Assembly (NCBI GenBank): GCA_037379345.1
Contig: CM074519.1
Span: 35,428,103-35,492,102 of the forward strand
Source: Perna viridis
Taxonomy: Eukaryota
Length of the DNA: 64,000 nucleotides
Direction of reading: 5' to 3'
The notes under the pieces are model-generated. The model was given only the letters and a program-made list of their open reading frames with translations. It was not told the DNA's origin and searched no databases. Shown here one piece after another: positions 29,801-38,711 of the stretch. The position numbers and the translations under genes were made by a program. Within the stretch, counting starts at the first letter, position 1; each line of letters starts with the position of its first letter.

Positions 29801-32800
29801 CAATTTCAGAATTTAACAGTGAAGAAGTCCTGTTTAAATGTGTTACTTCCTGCAATAAAAACACCAGATCTTATTGTAATTTCTTGCTTGAGAGTATGAT
29901 TTCAACATTACAATTTTTCAGGTGAAACACTATGAAAGTCAGATGGAGGAAGAATATGACGAGAAGAAGAAACTAATGCAGGAGAAGAAAGAGTTAGAGA
30001 GACAGATCCAGGAACTTAGTGCTGTGGCTAGTAGTAGAGATAGAGGTATGTTGATTGATTGATTGATTATGCCATTTTGTCAACAAGAACAATATCATGG
30101 CAAGAGCATTTAACAATCATGGAACATGGGGTTTGTTAGTACATTGTTTATCTGTAACAATGACTTTTATAGTCCTAATTTTCCTCCAATTGAAGGCAGC
30201 ATTTCACTTTTTCAAATCTAGAATATACCCTTATTATCTTTTAACTATTATTTTACCTCTGATTTTGCCAGTATCCACTTTGTTCACCTGCAAAAACCAG
30301 TTTTATTGATAGCTAAGGAAATTGTTTGAAACATAATTTTTAGAATTATATAAGAATTTGTAACATACAAAATGGGATTTTGATCAATATTGACTGTTTT
30401 TTAATTGTTTTGGCAGTACTAATGGTAATTAATCCGTCAATCTTGTCTTATTCTGTAGAGGCGTGGCAGGTCTGAGTATTTTGGGGAATAACTCAGATCA
30501 GTACATTTATAACACTGGAAATATTTACAATATAAATTATGCAATGTTAAAATGAATGCATGAATGTTATGTTTCAGAATCAGAAAAAAGGCTCAGGAGG
30601 GACCTAAGAAAGACAAAAGCTTTATTAAAGGATGCTGAGATAGTTATACAGAAACAAACAGGAGCAGAGGGAATGAAGTCGACCATTAGACAACTCAGAA
30701 ATACTGTAAGTTTTGTCTTTAATGGACAGTAATTATATGTTATGTTTAGAAATTCTCAATTTCCCATACATCTTCTTGTTTGAAATACTGTCAATGTTGT
30801 CCTGTTGTCATTAGTTATACAGCTGTTGACACATTTCTTCTATATCTGATCATACACCCTTTTGAAGTAGATTCATTTTAAATTCTCATTTTATACCCCT
30901 TCTAGAATAATGGTCTCACTTTGTCCATTGATCAATATGTTTGTTCACACTTTCAATAACAGATTTTGCGACTTCTTCTGCCTTGGCAAAACAGTTTAAT
31001 ATTTATTATTATTTAGATAGCACCGTCCACAAAATTTGAAATATTTGTTGAAAATAGCAACAAATAATGGAGGAAATCTATATAATAAATAGGATAATCA
31101 ATTGGTTATTGTGAAGAACCAAAATATGATCACTTGCGTCAAGAACGCATTAAGATTATATCTTGTGTGGAACAAGTTCTCCACACTCGTTAAATCAAGG
31201 GTTCTTCAGCAATTGTGATCATATTTTGGTTATTCACTCCTTCCAGTTAATTATCCTATTAGTAAAAGGCTTCTGTATTATGACTTATGTCTCTCTTACT
31301 TAGATTACCAGTACATGCTTCCTGTTTATACTGTGAATTATGATTTTTCTTGAATGATAATTTTGAATAGATTTATTTCAAGTTCTTTTCTTTAACTTCA
31401 GCTTGATGATAAAGAGTTTACCTGTTCAGCTGCTGTAAAAGCCAAGAAAACAATGGAACTTGAGATAGAAGATCTACAGCAACAGTTAGAGGACTTATCT
31501 AAGGCCAAAACTGAGGTGATTTATTTTACTATATATTACAACAGGTAGAGGACTTATCTAAGGCCAAAACTGAGGTGATTTATTTTACTATATATTGCAA
31601 CTGAAGTGATTTATTACTTTCACAAAGTTGTCTACCATTATGATTTAGGAATAAGGCTGGTGATTGTTAAGGCCATCTCATGCCTTACAATTGTCAAATT
31701 CCTCTGAAATAAAAGTATGAATAAAAGTACAAGTAGATCCTACTGATATTTATCCATAATATGGGTGCTTTCTGTCAAGGAAATCAGCTGGTTACTAGTC
31801 TTTACTTCAAATTAATCTTTTTGGTATTCACCTGACTTTTTTTGATCTGAAATGGTAGACAAATCTGCTTCCAAATGCTGCAGGTTAGATCAAAATGACA
31901 AAAGAATTTCTACATTATAAATGGAATTTCATGTGAGTAGGTGTCTACCTATTTCTGGTAATGAAATCATTATTGCAATTAAATTTGGTTTTAGATGTTT
32001 GGCTTTATAGTTGAGAGATTTTTAGGACACTTTGGCCTCATAATGTTACTTAGGTTTGTGTCAGAAAGTTAAAAAATGAATCAAAATGAGGTAGCCATAT
32101 TTTGTTGTATTTTAAAACAATTAAAAAAGGATAACTTGTTTATATGGGAAGATTTTACTCAGTAGGGAGAAAATTAATTAATGTGTATTGTATTAATCTT
32201 GATGTTTGCAACATGGAAGAAAAATTATGGCTAAAAATGAGAATATATTTATTACATGTACATGTATTTGTATACAGTTCTGAATTTTATTTTAGGCTGA
32301 AAGTAAGAATTTAGCATTCCTGAGAGAAAAGGCTGATTTACAAAGCCGTGTGGAGGAAAATGAGGAAGACCTGACTGATATCATGAAGAAATATAAGGCA
32401 GTCATACAACAGGTATACATTAATTTATAGTTACATTTTATGTGCATACCATTAAAGTACTCTAATCTTATTGGATATTCAGCCTGATTTTTCATTAGTT
32501 GATGAAACACAGTTATATAGATAGGCCACGCCTACAATTAAGTGGACTACTTTTATTGTTCCCTGTGTATTGCCTATTTTTTTATGATATCTAAACTAAA
32601 ATAGACAAAAAAATAGAAAAGCATATGAAATGTAATTATGAGAATTAAATGCTTTATTTTTTATGTTTCATCGTCGTGTAAATTTGTTGGTTGCTCACAC
32701 ATTTTGTACATGAAGCACCAGCGTCCTTCATTTAAAATGTGCTGAGGTCAACTCTTTTACACAGCTACATGTATAAAACATTAAAAATTCAATTCTTTAT

Positions 32801-35800
32801 GAAAAATTATAAAAAATGTAAAGCAGTGATTAGGTACAAATGTTTTGATGTGTTATTGCTATTTAAATTGTTTTGTTTCAACAGTTCTGATTGGTTCTTG
32901 TCCATAACTGAAATCTTTTGTAATTAAGGATATTCATTAATTATTATTGATGAATAAGAATTAATTTTGTTAGTCTCTTTGCAGTTATGAATATTCATTG
33001 TTGAAAAATAATTTTGATAGTTTGTTGTGTGAAGACTATTTTGGTTTTTTGTTTCAGCAATCAGTGGACCAAATCTCAATGACTGATAACTTAAAACATA
33101 TAGAAGAATTAACAGCCGAGAGAGACAAATACAGACAAGAGGTAAGGATCATGTTTTGTTTTAATTATACCGTGCTAAACTAGTGTGTGGTATGTTGGAA
33201 TCACCTTGTTTATCCATCTATCATTCTTATTTGTCATTTCATCTGTCCGTCCAATTTTTGTGGCAATTTTCTGGCTCAAAATAAACAGATTGATTACAAT
33301 ATGAAAATAGGAGATGTATGATTGCCAATGAGATAATCATCCACCAAATACCAAGCAACAAACTTTTAAACTGCTACTGGTCACCATACAGTCTTCATCG
33401 GTGAGCAAAACCCAGAACCATAAAACAAGCTGTAATAGGCCCTAAAATAAATGTGCAACCATACATCAAGGACAAAATCAACCTTAGCAATACAAAAAAA
33501 CATAAAACGAATAACATGTTTGGTATGTTCAAAGTTGTTTTTAATTTGTCTTATTAAGAAGTTTTGAAATGAATTTTTTTTTTACAGAGTAATTGTAATA
33601 TTAAAATTTAATAGCTGTCTTTTGTCATGTTTATATGGGGTTTCTTGCCAGAATAAAATCTTATATTGTTATTTAACCATGGTACTTGAATATTTCCTTT
33701 TTTGAGAGGGGCAATCATACAGCAGAACACAGATATAGATTAATGATACTAATCTATGTTACTGTATCAAAACCAGTGTTTTGCCCGGGTTAATACTTTA
33801 TGAATTATACTGAAACCGTTGTCATTGTTTTAGGCGGACCAGTTACAAACAAGATTGAAAGATTTAGAAGAAAATAGTATAGAAAAAACTGTAAAAATAC
33901 GATTAGAAGCTAAAATTAGAGAATTAGAAAATAAATTGGAATTGGAGTCTACAACTAAACATAGATTAGAGGTAAGTAATGTTATTACATCTTTATTGTC
34001 TTGATCATGCATAGCCACCCTTTGGTTGACCTTATCATTTGTGGTCAGACTCTGGTTGACCTTAATGGGTGTAGCCACCCAATGGTTGACCAGAAAGGGC
34101 GGTGCCAGTCACTGCTTGGCATGACTGGGATGGCAGGCCATTGGTTGACCAGAAAGGGCGGCGCCAGCCACTGCTTGGCATGACTGGGATGGCAGGCCAT
34201 TGGTTGACCAGAAAGGGCGGTGCCAGCCACTGCTTGGCATGACTGGGATGGCAGGCCATTGGTTGACATGACTGGGATGGCAGGCCATTGGTTGACATGA
34301 CTGGGATGGCAGGCCATTGGTTGGCATGACTGGGATGGCAGGCCATTGGTTGACATGACTGGGATGGCAGGTCATTGGTTGACCTGATATTTGTAATCAG
34401 AATCTATTTGACATGTATAGCCGAGTCTGATTGGTCTAATTTGGTTGTGGTCAGTCAGTGGGTGACCAGAGAGTGCATGGCCAGACTGAGATTGACTGGT
34501 CGTGGGACATTCCATCAGATTAGGTCCAACAGTCTTGTATCTGGAAATGACCATTTAGACAAGGTTTATTAGTCTTTAAAAAAAGCCCTTTCTTTTAGTA
34601 TGGGTTTTATAGTGAAATACTAATCATTGATATGAAATATACAATTGTAACCAAGTCATCACATCTAGTTGGTGTATTTGCTTATTAAAAATCATTCAGA
34701 TATTTTAATTATAACACTGTAAACCTATATTTTTCATAGTCGCTGATTTGTGTGGATTCTGTCAAGTGAACATATTGGGGGATGTCAGTTGTCACGGTTT
34801 AAAAAAAATGATGGGCCTTTTATAATGTTAAATATCAATTTCATCAGTGCTTTTTTTCTGCACTTCATTGTCCACGGCAAAAATAGCAAAATTAGTAAGT
34901 TTGCAGTATTTATTTATATTTTATGAAAAAGTAAACAATTCAAGCAAAACATGCAATATAAGTTTTGATGTGCACACTTATAAGTAGCTGTCTTTGTAAG
35001 AATCATGCAAAATCTGAAAAATGTGATACACCCTCAGAAAAGTTTACAAATGTTTATTTTTGTATTTAAGTTGTTTTATGGGTCTATACTATGAAATGAG
35101 TAATTATTCATTCCAATCTGCCTGCTTTTAGGAGATAATCAACATTGAAAATCCAGTAGATTCTATTGTAATTGAGCATCATTTACAGAGTTATCTCCCT
35201 TAATTTTGAAATGTACAGTGCATTCTATATAATTTTTATCTCCTAAGAGCACAGGTTATATGAAAAACCACATGTTTTTTTCTGTTTACTATGACATTTC
35301 AAACAAAATATCAAAAATAAAAATATGTAGACTTTTTTCCCATGAATCACAAATTGCATGATTCTTAGCTGGAGTGCTACTTAATACAGTATAGTTAAGA
35401 TTCTTTTTTTTGTAGGTTAATATTAATAGATATAAGGAACAGATAGAAAAACAGAATGAAGAGAGTAATACACTCACCTTTTCTAAAACCCAAGCAGAAG
35501 ACAATCTAAAACGTGCCCAGAGACAGCTTAGAGAGCTACGTGAAGAATTCTCAGATGTTCAGAAAAGGGAGCTTGAGTGCAGTCATAAAAATACAGAACT
35601 AGTAAGTATTAGGTGTACTGGTTTATAATCTTGCTTTTGAGGGGTTAGAAGTCTTAAGTTCTTACATGTAATGTGAAAAAAATTAGTTAAGCAATATTCT
35701 TCTAGTTTTTGCTTGTTATCCCTTTGAAAAAAATTAAAGACAAATGAGTCTGCTTGAAACAAAATCATTCTTATGTATTGATCTGCTATGTAAATGGAAA

Positions 35801-37335
35801 TTTTCTTCGTCCTAATTTTTATTTTTTTTTTTGTGGAAAATCTATGAGACAAATATTTTGCAAGGGAAGGGTAGGGGTTTCACTCCTAAAATTTCTATTA
35901 GGCAAGTGTGCAAAGTTAGTTTGAAATCAGGACATCCATGCTTAGTTGGAAATCACCATTGTTGTAATTGAAAGAGTATTAGAATCTTGCAAAATTTTGA
36001 ACTCTTCTAATCCACATTTTTTTCTCTCATTTAGGAAAACAAAGTCGTAGAACTAGAAACTGATTATCAACAGAATCACTCAGATCTGAAGTTAGCTTTT
36101 AAACGTATTTCTGATCTCCAAGCTGCGTTACAGGAGGATGTTGATAGTGACGACAGTTTAATGTCAGACAGGTTGGTGTCTCCATGCAGGAGTTCATGGT
36201 TTTAGCAAGTTGTTGGAATTTATAAATTACTAATTTTACCCCAGTTAGCATCATTGGCATACAGTAAATATTATTCAATTTGAACATCAGACCTCCCAAA
36301 GTAAAAACTCCCTGGCCTCTTATTATGATGCCACATTCCCAATTTTCATTGACATATCATTAAAATACAAATACAAATTTACATTTTAAAATTTTATTGA
36401 GACCCAAGTATTTTACTTTGAACGGTCAAAGGATGTTTGAATTACCTAGTTATTCCAGATGAATGTAGGAAAAAGAAATTTTTTTTGGAAATCATTGATG
36501 TTTACTCAATATTTCTTTTACTGCACAGTTGACAGCAGTTAGTCGTTATGATATGGTAATACGTTGTATATATTACATAATATTTTCAATTCTAATGTAA
36601 TAATTGCAGAAGTTAAATGATGAACTGTTTTGTAAACTTATGGGTTGTCCACACAAAGTATCTCATGTCTATTTCTGTTATATGACATTGAAATTTATTG
36701 ATTTAATTAAAAATCTATCAGTTGATTTAATTGGAAATTGACTATGTTATTATGTATCAAGATAAGACAGTAAAATCCCAATATAAGTAAAGCCATCCAA
36801 TAAATTTCTTGGATTTTAGAAACCCCCTCATCTTTTTTGAGGCTGCTTCATTACTAATTTTTGTTACCAGAACATTACAATAAGAACAAAAAGACCCCCT
36901 TCATCATTTTGTCTTGTAATGAGCTGTGAGAAAAGCATTCTCCTCAGGTTGTTTTTGCCTGCTTCAAAATATAATTTTGCAATTGTTAATTCCTGAAGTC
37001 AATCAACAGAATTAAATCACAACCACATGCAGTAAATTAATACATTAAAATATCCTGGTTATCAATTAGACTTACTTGCATCATGACACAAGTTATTTTT
37101 CCCTCTCACTGGAATCTTGTATTACCATTTATGTTTTAACCTTTGACTTTCCTTAGCATCATGTTGAGTTTGGTATGAAGTTTTTGCATGTGTAATTTCA
37201 GTGATGGTGATTCCGATGAAGATGAAGACTTACTAAATCCCACATCATATCAGTCACCAAGAACTGTATCATTATCGTCAACCAGTTCACATGAAATTTC
37301 TAGTCTACAATTTTCAAATTTAGATGAATCTAGTA
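2700..37335 (+). CDS. MYO18A: Unconventional myosin-XVIIIa-like gene, 5'-partial; 28 traced coding exons (about 1344 aa)
   Basis: Exons join in phase through GT-AG introns. Myosin-18 motifs: [12 protein letters not shown], switch [51 protein letters not shown]-like [56 protein letters not shown]. Confidence 0.95.
3314..3455 (+). CDS. MYO18A: myosin-18 exon 2 ([22 protein letters not shown]...)
   Basis: tacag acceptor, gtttgt donor, phase 1-2. Confidence 0.9.
3676..3792 (+). CDS. MYO18A: myosin-18 exon 3 (...[24 protein letters not shown])
   Basis: ttcag / gtaaga, phase 2-2. Confidence 0.9.
4431..4623 (+). CDS. MYO18A: myosin-18 exon 4 (switch II and relay: ILDTPGFQN...[14 protein letters not shown])
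   Basis: tgtag / gtataa, phase 2-0. Confidence 0.95.
5359..5889. mobile_element. non-autonomous DNA-transposon-like element with an internal inverted repeat
   Basis: ends TATTATAC...GTATAATA; perfect 20-bp IR ACACATACTGCCTGTAGTAG 5366-5385 / 5484-5503. Confidence 0.55.
6185..6271 (+). CDS. MYO18A: myosin-18 exon 5 ([10 protein letters not shown]...IDKPAQQNL)
   Basis: tttag / gtaagt, phase 0-0. Confidence 0.88.
6513..6581 (+). CDS. candidate cassette exon ([23 protein letters not shown])
   Basis: pyrimidine tract + catag, GAG/gtatca donor, 69 nt, open, phase 0-0; no homology support. Confidence 0.4.
7160..7794. mobile_element. MITE, about 635 bp, TA-flanked (Tc1/mariner-type target site), copy 1
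   Basis: imperfect TIR CTATACTC..GTCA.ATA / TATGTGACGCCGAGTATAG; second copy at 26517-27155. Confidence 0.85.
8045..8225. repeat. degenerate tandem repeat, 4 copies of about 45 bp
   Basis: recurring AGRCTTGAGGCCAAGA..AATTAA..TTTGTG. Confidence 0.7.
8855..9089. mobile_element. PIF/Harbinger-type MITE
   Basis: TIR GGCCAAAAAAAA..ATGTGTG..TTTAC / GTAAACACACATTTTT..GGCC; TTA on both flanks. Confidence 0.85.
10716..10860 (+). CDS. MYO18A: myosin-18 exon 6 ([20 protein letters not shown])
   Basis: tttag / gtgagt, phase 0-1. Confidence 0.93.
11406..11568 (+). CDS. MYO18A: myosin-18 exon 7 ([20 protein letters not shown])
   Basis: ttaag / gtacat, phase 1-2. Confidence 0.92.
12567..12961 (+). CDS. 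MYO18A: myosin-18 exon 8 (loop 2 region, [15 protein letters not shown])
   Basis: tacag / gtaaga, phase 2-1; inside ORF 12529..12984. Confidence 0.95.
13344..13507 (+). CDS. MYO18A: myosin-18 exon 9 (converter: [16 protein letters not shown]...YRVGLSQ)
   Basis: tacag / gtaacc, phase 1-0. Confidence 0.93.
14533..14661 (+). CDS. MYO18A: myosin-18 exon 10 (VFFRAG, IQ motif)
   Basis: ttcag / gtaagg, phase 0-0. Confidence 0.93.
15347..15490 (+). CDS. MYO18A: myosin-18 exon 11 (CIQKNVRKF...[12 protein letters not shown], head-rod junction)
   Basis: tttag / gtaagt, phase 0-0. Confidence 0.93.
16173..16262 (+). CDS. MYO18A: myosin-18 exon 12 (coiled coil [21 protein letters not shown])
   Basis: tgcag / gtagag, phase 0-0. 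Confidence 0.9.
16645..16764 (+). CDS. MYO18A: myosin-18 exon 13 ([15 protein letters not shown])
   Basis: tgtag / gtattt, phase 0-0. Confidence 0.9.
17169..17277 (+). CDS. MYO18A: myosin-18 exon 14 ([17 protein letters not shown]...DEDAD)
   Basis: tgtag / gtatgt, phase 0-1. Confidence 0.88.
17471..17820. mobile_element. Tc1/mariner-type MITE
   Basis: 25-bp imperfect TIR CAGTACCTGAACCGATCTGTGCAAC / GTTGCACGGATCAGTTCAAGGACTG; TA on both flanks. Confidence 0.85.
18024..18157 (+). CDS. MYO18A: myosin-18 exon 15 ([23 protein letters not shown])
   Basis: tccag / gtaggt, phase 1-0. Confidence 0.9.
21325..21600. repeat. decayed interspersed repeat resembling an abundant mytilid family
   Basis: GCCACATTTTTTGC.CCTG.CCCAAGTCAGGA ... 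GGGTTGTTGTCTCTTTGACA.ATTC; recognition from memory only. Confidence 0.5.
23210..23669. repeat. minisatellite, 6 x 77 bp
   Basis: CAATATCTCT starts at 23210, 23287, 23364, 23441, 23518, 23595. Confidence 0.97.
25996..26193 (+). mobile_element. 5'-truncated 3' end of the Penelope-like element seen at 57585-58080
   Basis: reverse complement of 57585-57785; shared end TTGATTACTCTTT. Confidence 0.8.
26240..26394 (+). CDS. MYO18A: myosin-18 exon 16 ([24 protein letters not shown])
   Basis: tccag / gtaatc, phase 0-2. Confidence 0.92.
26517..27155. mobile_element. MITE, same family and orientation as 7160-7794, copy 2
   Basis: colinear high similarity over its whole length. Confidence 0.85.
27623..27746 (+). 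CDS. MYO18A: myosin-18 exon 17 (FDSEVSK...RERLQREKD)
   Basis: ttcag / gtaatt, phase 2-0. Confidence 0.9.
28320..28523 (+). CDS. MYO18A: myosin-18 exon 18 ([21 protein letters not shown])
   Basis: tacag / gtagtt, phase 0-0. Confidence 0.93.
29131..29241 (+). CDS. MYO18A: myosin-18 exon 19 ([26 protein letters not shown])
   Basis: tttag / gtgggt, phase 0-0. Confidence 0.92.
29922..30045 (+). CDS. MYO18A: myosin-18 exon 20 ([20 protein letters not shown])
   Basis: ttcag / gtatgt, phase 0-1. Confidence 0.92.
30578..30705 (+). CDS. MYO18A: myosin-18 exon 21 ([20 protein letters not shown])
   Basis: ttcag / gtaagt, phase 1-0. Confidence 0.92.
31088..31260. mobile_element. short fold-back (palindromic) MITE-like element
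   Basis: terminal IR AATAGGATAAT/ATTATCCTATT plus 23-bp internal IR 31111-31133 / 31215-31237 with one mismatch. Confidence 0.75.
31402..31515 (+). CDS. MYO18A: myosin-18 exon 22 ([22 protein letters not shown])
   Basis: ttcag / gtgatt, phase 0-0. Confidence 0.92.
32296..32412 (+). CDS. MYO18A: myosin-18 exon 23 ([25 protein letters not shown])
   Basis: tttag / gtatac, phase 0-0. Confidence 0.92.
33058..33141 (+). CDS. MYO18A: myosin-18 exon 24 ([18 protein letters not shown]...)
   Basis: ttcag / gtaagg, phase 0-0. Confidence 0.9.
33305..33485. repeat. decayed interspersed repeat resembling an abundant mytilid family
   Basis: GATGT..ATGATTGCCAATGAGA...GGTCACC.TAC.G.CTTCA...TGAGCAAA; recognition from memory only. 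Confidence 0.5.
33834..33971 (+). CDS. MYO18A: myosin-18 exon 25 ([16 protein letters not shown])
   Basis: tttag / gtaagt, phase 0-0. Confidence 0.92.
34010..34385. repeat. GC-rich compound minisatellite (3 x 59 bp, then 4 x 29 bp sub-unit)
   Basis: TGGTTG at 34083, 34142, 34201, 34260, 34289, 34318, 34347, 34376. Confidence 0.95.
34717..34906. mobile_element. decayed MITE-like element
   Basis: short terminal IR CTGTAAAC / GTTTGCAG. Confidence 0.4.
35416..35601 (+). CDS. MYO18A: myosin-18 exon 26 ([14 protein letters not shown])
   Basis: tgtag / gtaagt, phase 0-0. Confidence 0.92.
36035..36171 (+). CDS. MYO18A: myosin-18 exon 27 ([16 protein letters not shown])
   Basis: tttag / gttggt, phase 0-2. 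Confidence 0.92.
37202..37335 (+). CDS. MYO18A: myosin-18 exon 28, acidic/Ser-rich tailpiece ([11 protein letters not shown]...LDESS)
   Basis: ttcag / gtaagt, phase 2-1 fits previous exon; low complexity. Confidence 0.75.
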
Positions 37336-37998
37336 GTAAGTATGATATGATATATTTATAAATTATCTTTAAGTCATGAAAATTTATCCGGGTCATAATG
37401 TTTTGCTTGCTGAACACATTAATTAGAAATTATTGATAGAAAACAAAGAAGCTCATCTTCATACATTTACCTAAATAACATCATTGTGAACTCACATGTA
37501 TTTAAAATTTGCAATCTTTTTGACTAAACTTGCATGCCTAGTCTTTTTGACAGTCTCAATCTGTACTGTTTTTTTTCATTTTGTTTTATTTTATTTTATT
37601 TATTTTTTTTTTTTTTTTTTTGAGTTTTGGTCTATAGCTCAAGGTCACAAAGGAGTCATACTTTTTTGAAGGGCATGTCAGTGTGATTCACATTATATTG
37701 ACCTTGAACATATGTTACATTTATTGTTCATAATTGAGACATTACAATTAAGCTTTAAGAATTACATTGTCATGAATCAACTGCTTCATTGAAGTTAGAA
37801 AAAAGACAACTTTAAATTAGAGGTTGATCAACAACAGTTCATCTTAATGTAGTATACTTTATGTATATAAATTTGATGAAATGAAACTTTAAAATTTTTT
37901 TTGTAAATTTGATATAGCTCACTGATAAAAAGTAAGTTACAAGTACCTTTGCCATTTTTGCTATTTGACAGATTTATAATTCTACAATTTGGCTAGCT

Positions 37999-38001
<3 letters not shown>

Positions 38002-38036
<35 letters not shown>
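38002..38036. repeat. (TG)n microsatellite
   Basis: direct. Confidence 0.95.
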
Positions 38037-38037
<1 letters not shown>

Positions 38038-38691
38038 AATAGCTGCTTTCATTTTCTCATTCAACATATTTTATGCTAATAATATTTTAACCTTTACTGG
38101 TTTTCAGGCTATTTTATTATTTACATTTTTTCAATGTGTTATCTGTGTGTTTTTGTTGATATAATATAGAACTAATCCTACAGCAATAAGTTGTTTACTT
38201 AACCTTCACACATTTATCATCTTTATGTTGAATTATTTATACTTTCATTGTATTATGTATATAGTACTTTGGTATATGTGTATTTCAGGTAGTAAACTTT
38301 AGGTATAATTTGTAGTCTACTTAGAGTTTATTTTCTGTAATTTGTTCAAAGTTAATTATACTCACCCACCTTTCAAATTAGTACCTAGGATTACTTTTAA
38401 CTATTTTTTACAATTTTTTTCAAGTAAATGTATTCCTTGTATCAGTTTTCACATTAAAAAATAATAAGTGTTTCATAGTTAAAAAGTGAATTTTTCTGAC
38501 CCTTTTTCTTTTTTAATTTTATGCTTATTTGTATAGAAAAATTTCGGAAAAAGTATTAATCAATTAAATACAGAATGACGAAAGGTCAAAATTTTAGATT
38601 CAAATAAAATGATCAATCCAAACACTTACGATATTTTTGATGTGCTATATATTGGTCGTAGTAGTAAATTTTTTAATGTATAATATTTCAG

Positions 38692-38711
38692 GTCATGGGG
38701 TGTTTGTATGA
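38692..38711 (+). CDS. candidate terminal coding exon (SHGVFV-stop), followed by a long AT-rich putative 3' UTR
   Basis: atttcag acceptor, phase 1 gives a short peptide then TGA; alternatives exist. Confidence 0.35.

Noticed and set aside
34001-34375. Overlapping repetitive ORFs (MACHPSH..., QWPAIPV...) on both strands
   Set aside because: Translations of the 59/29-bp minisatellite; the same peptide appears in all frames
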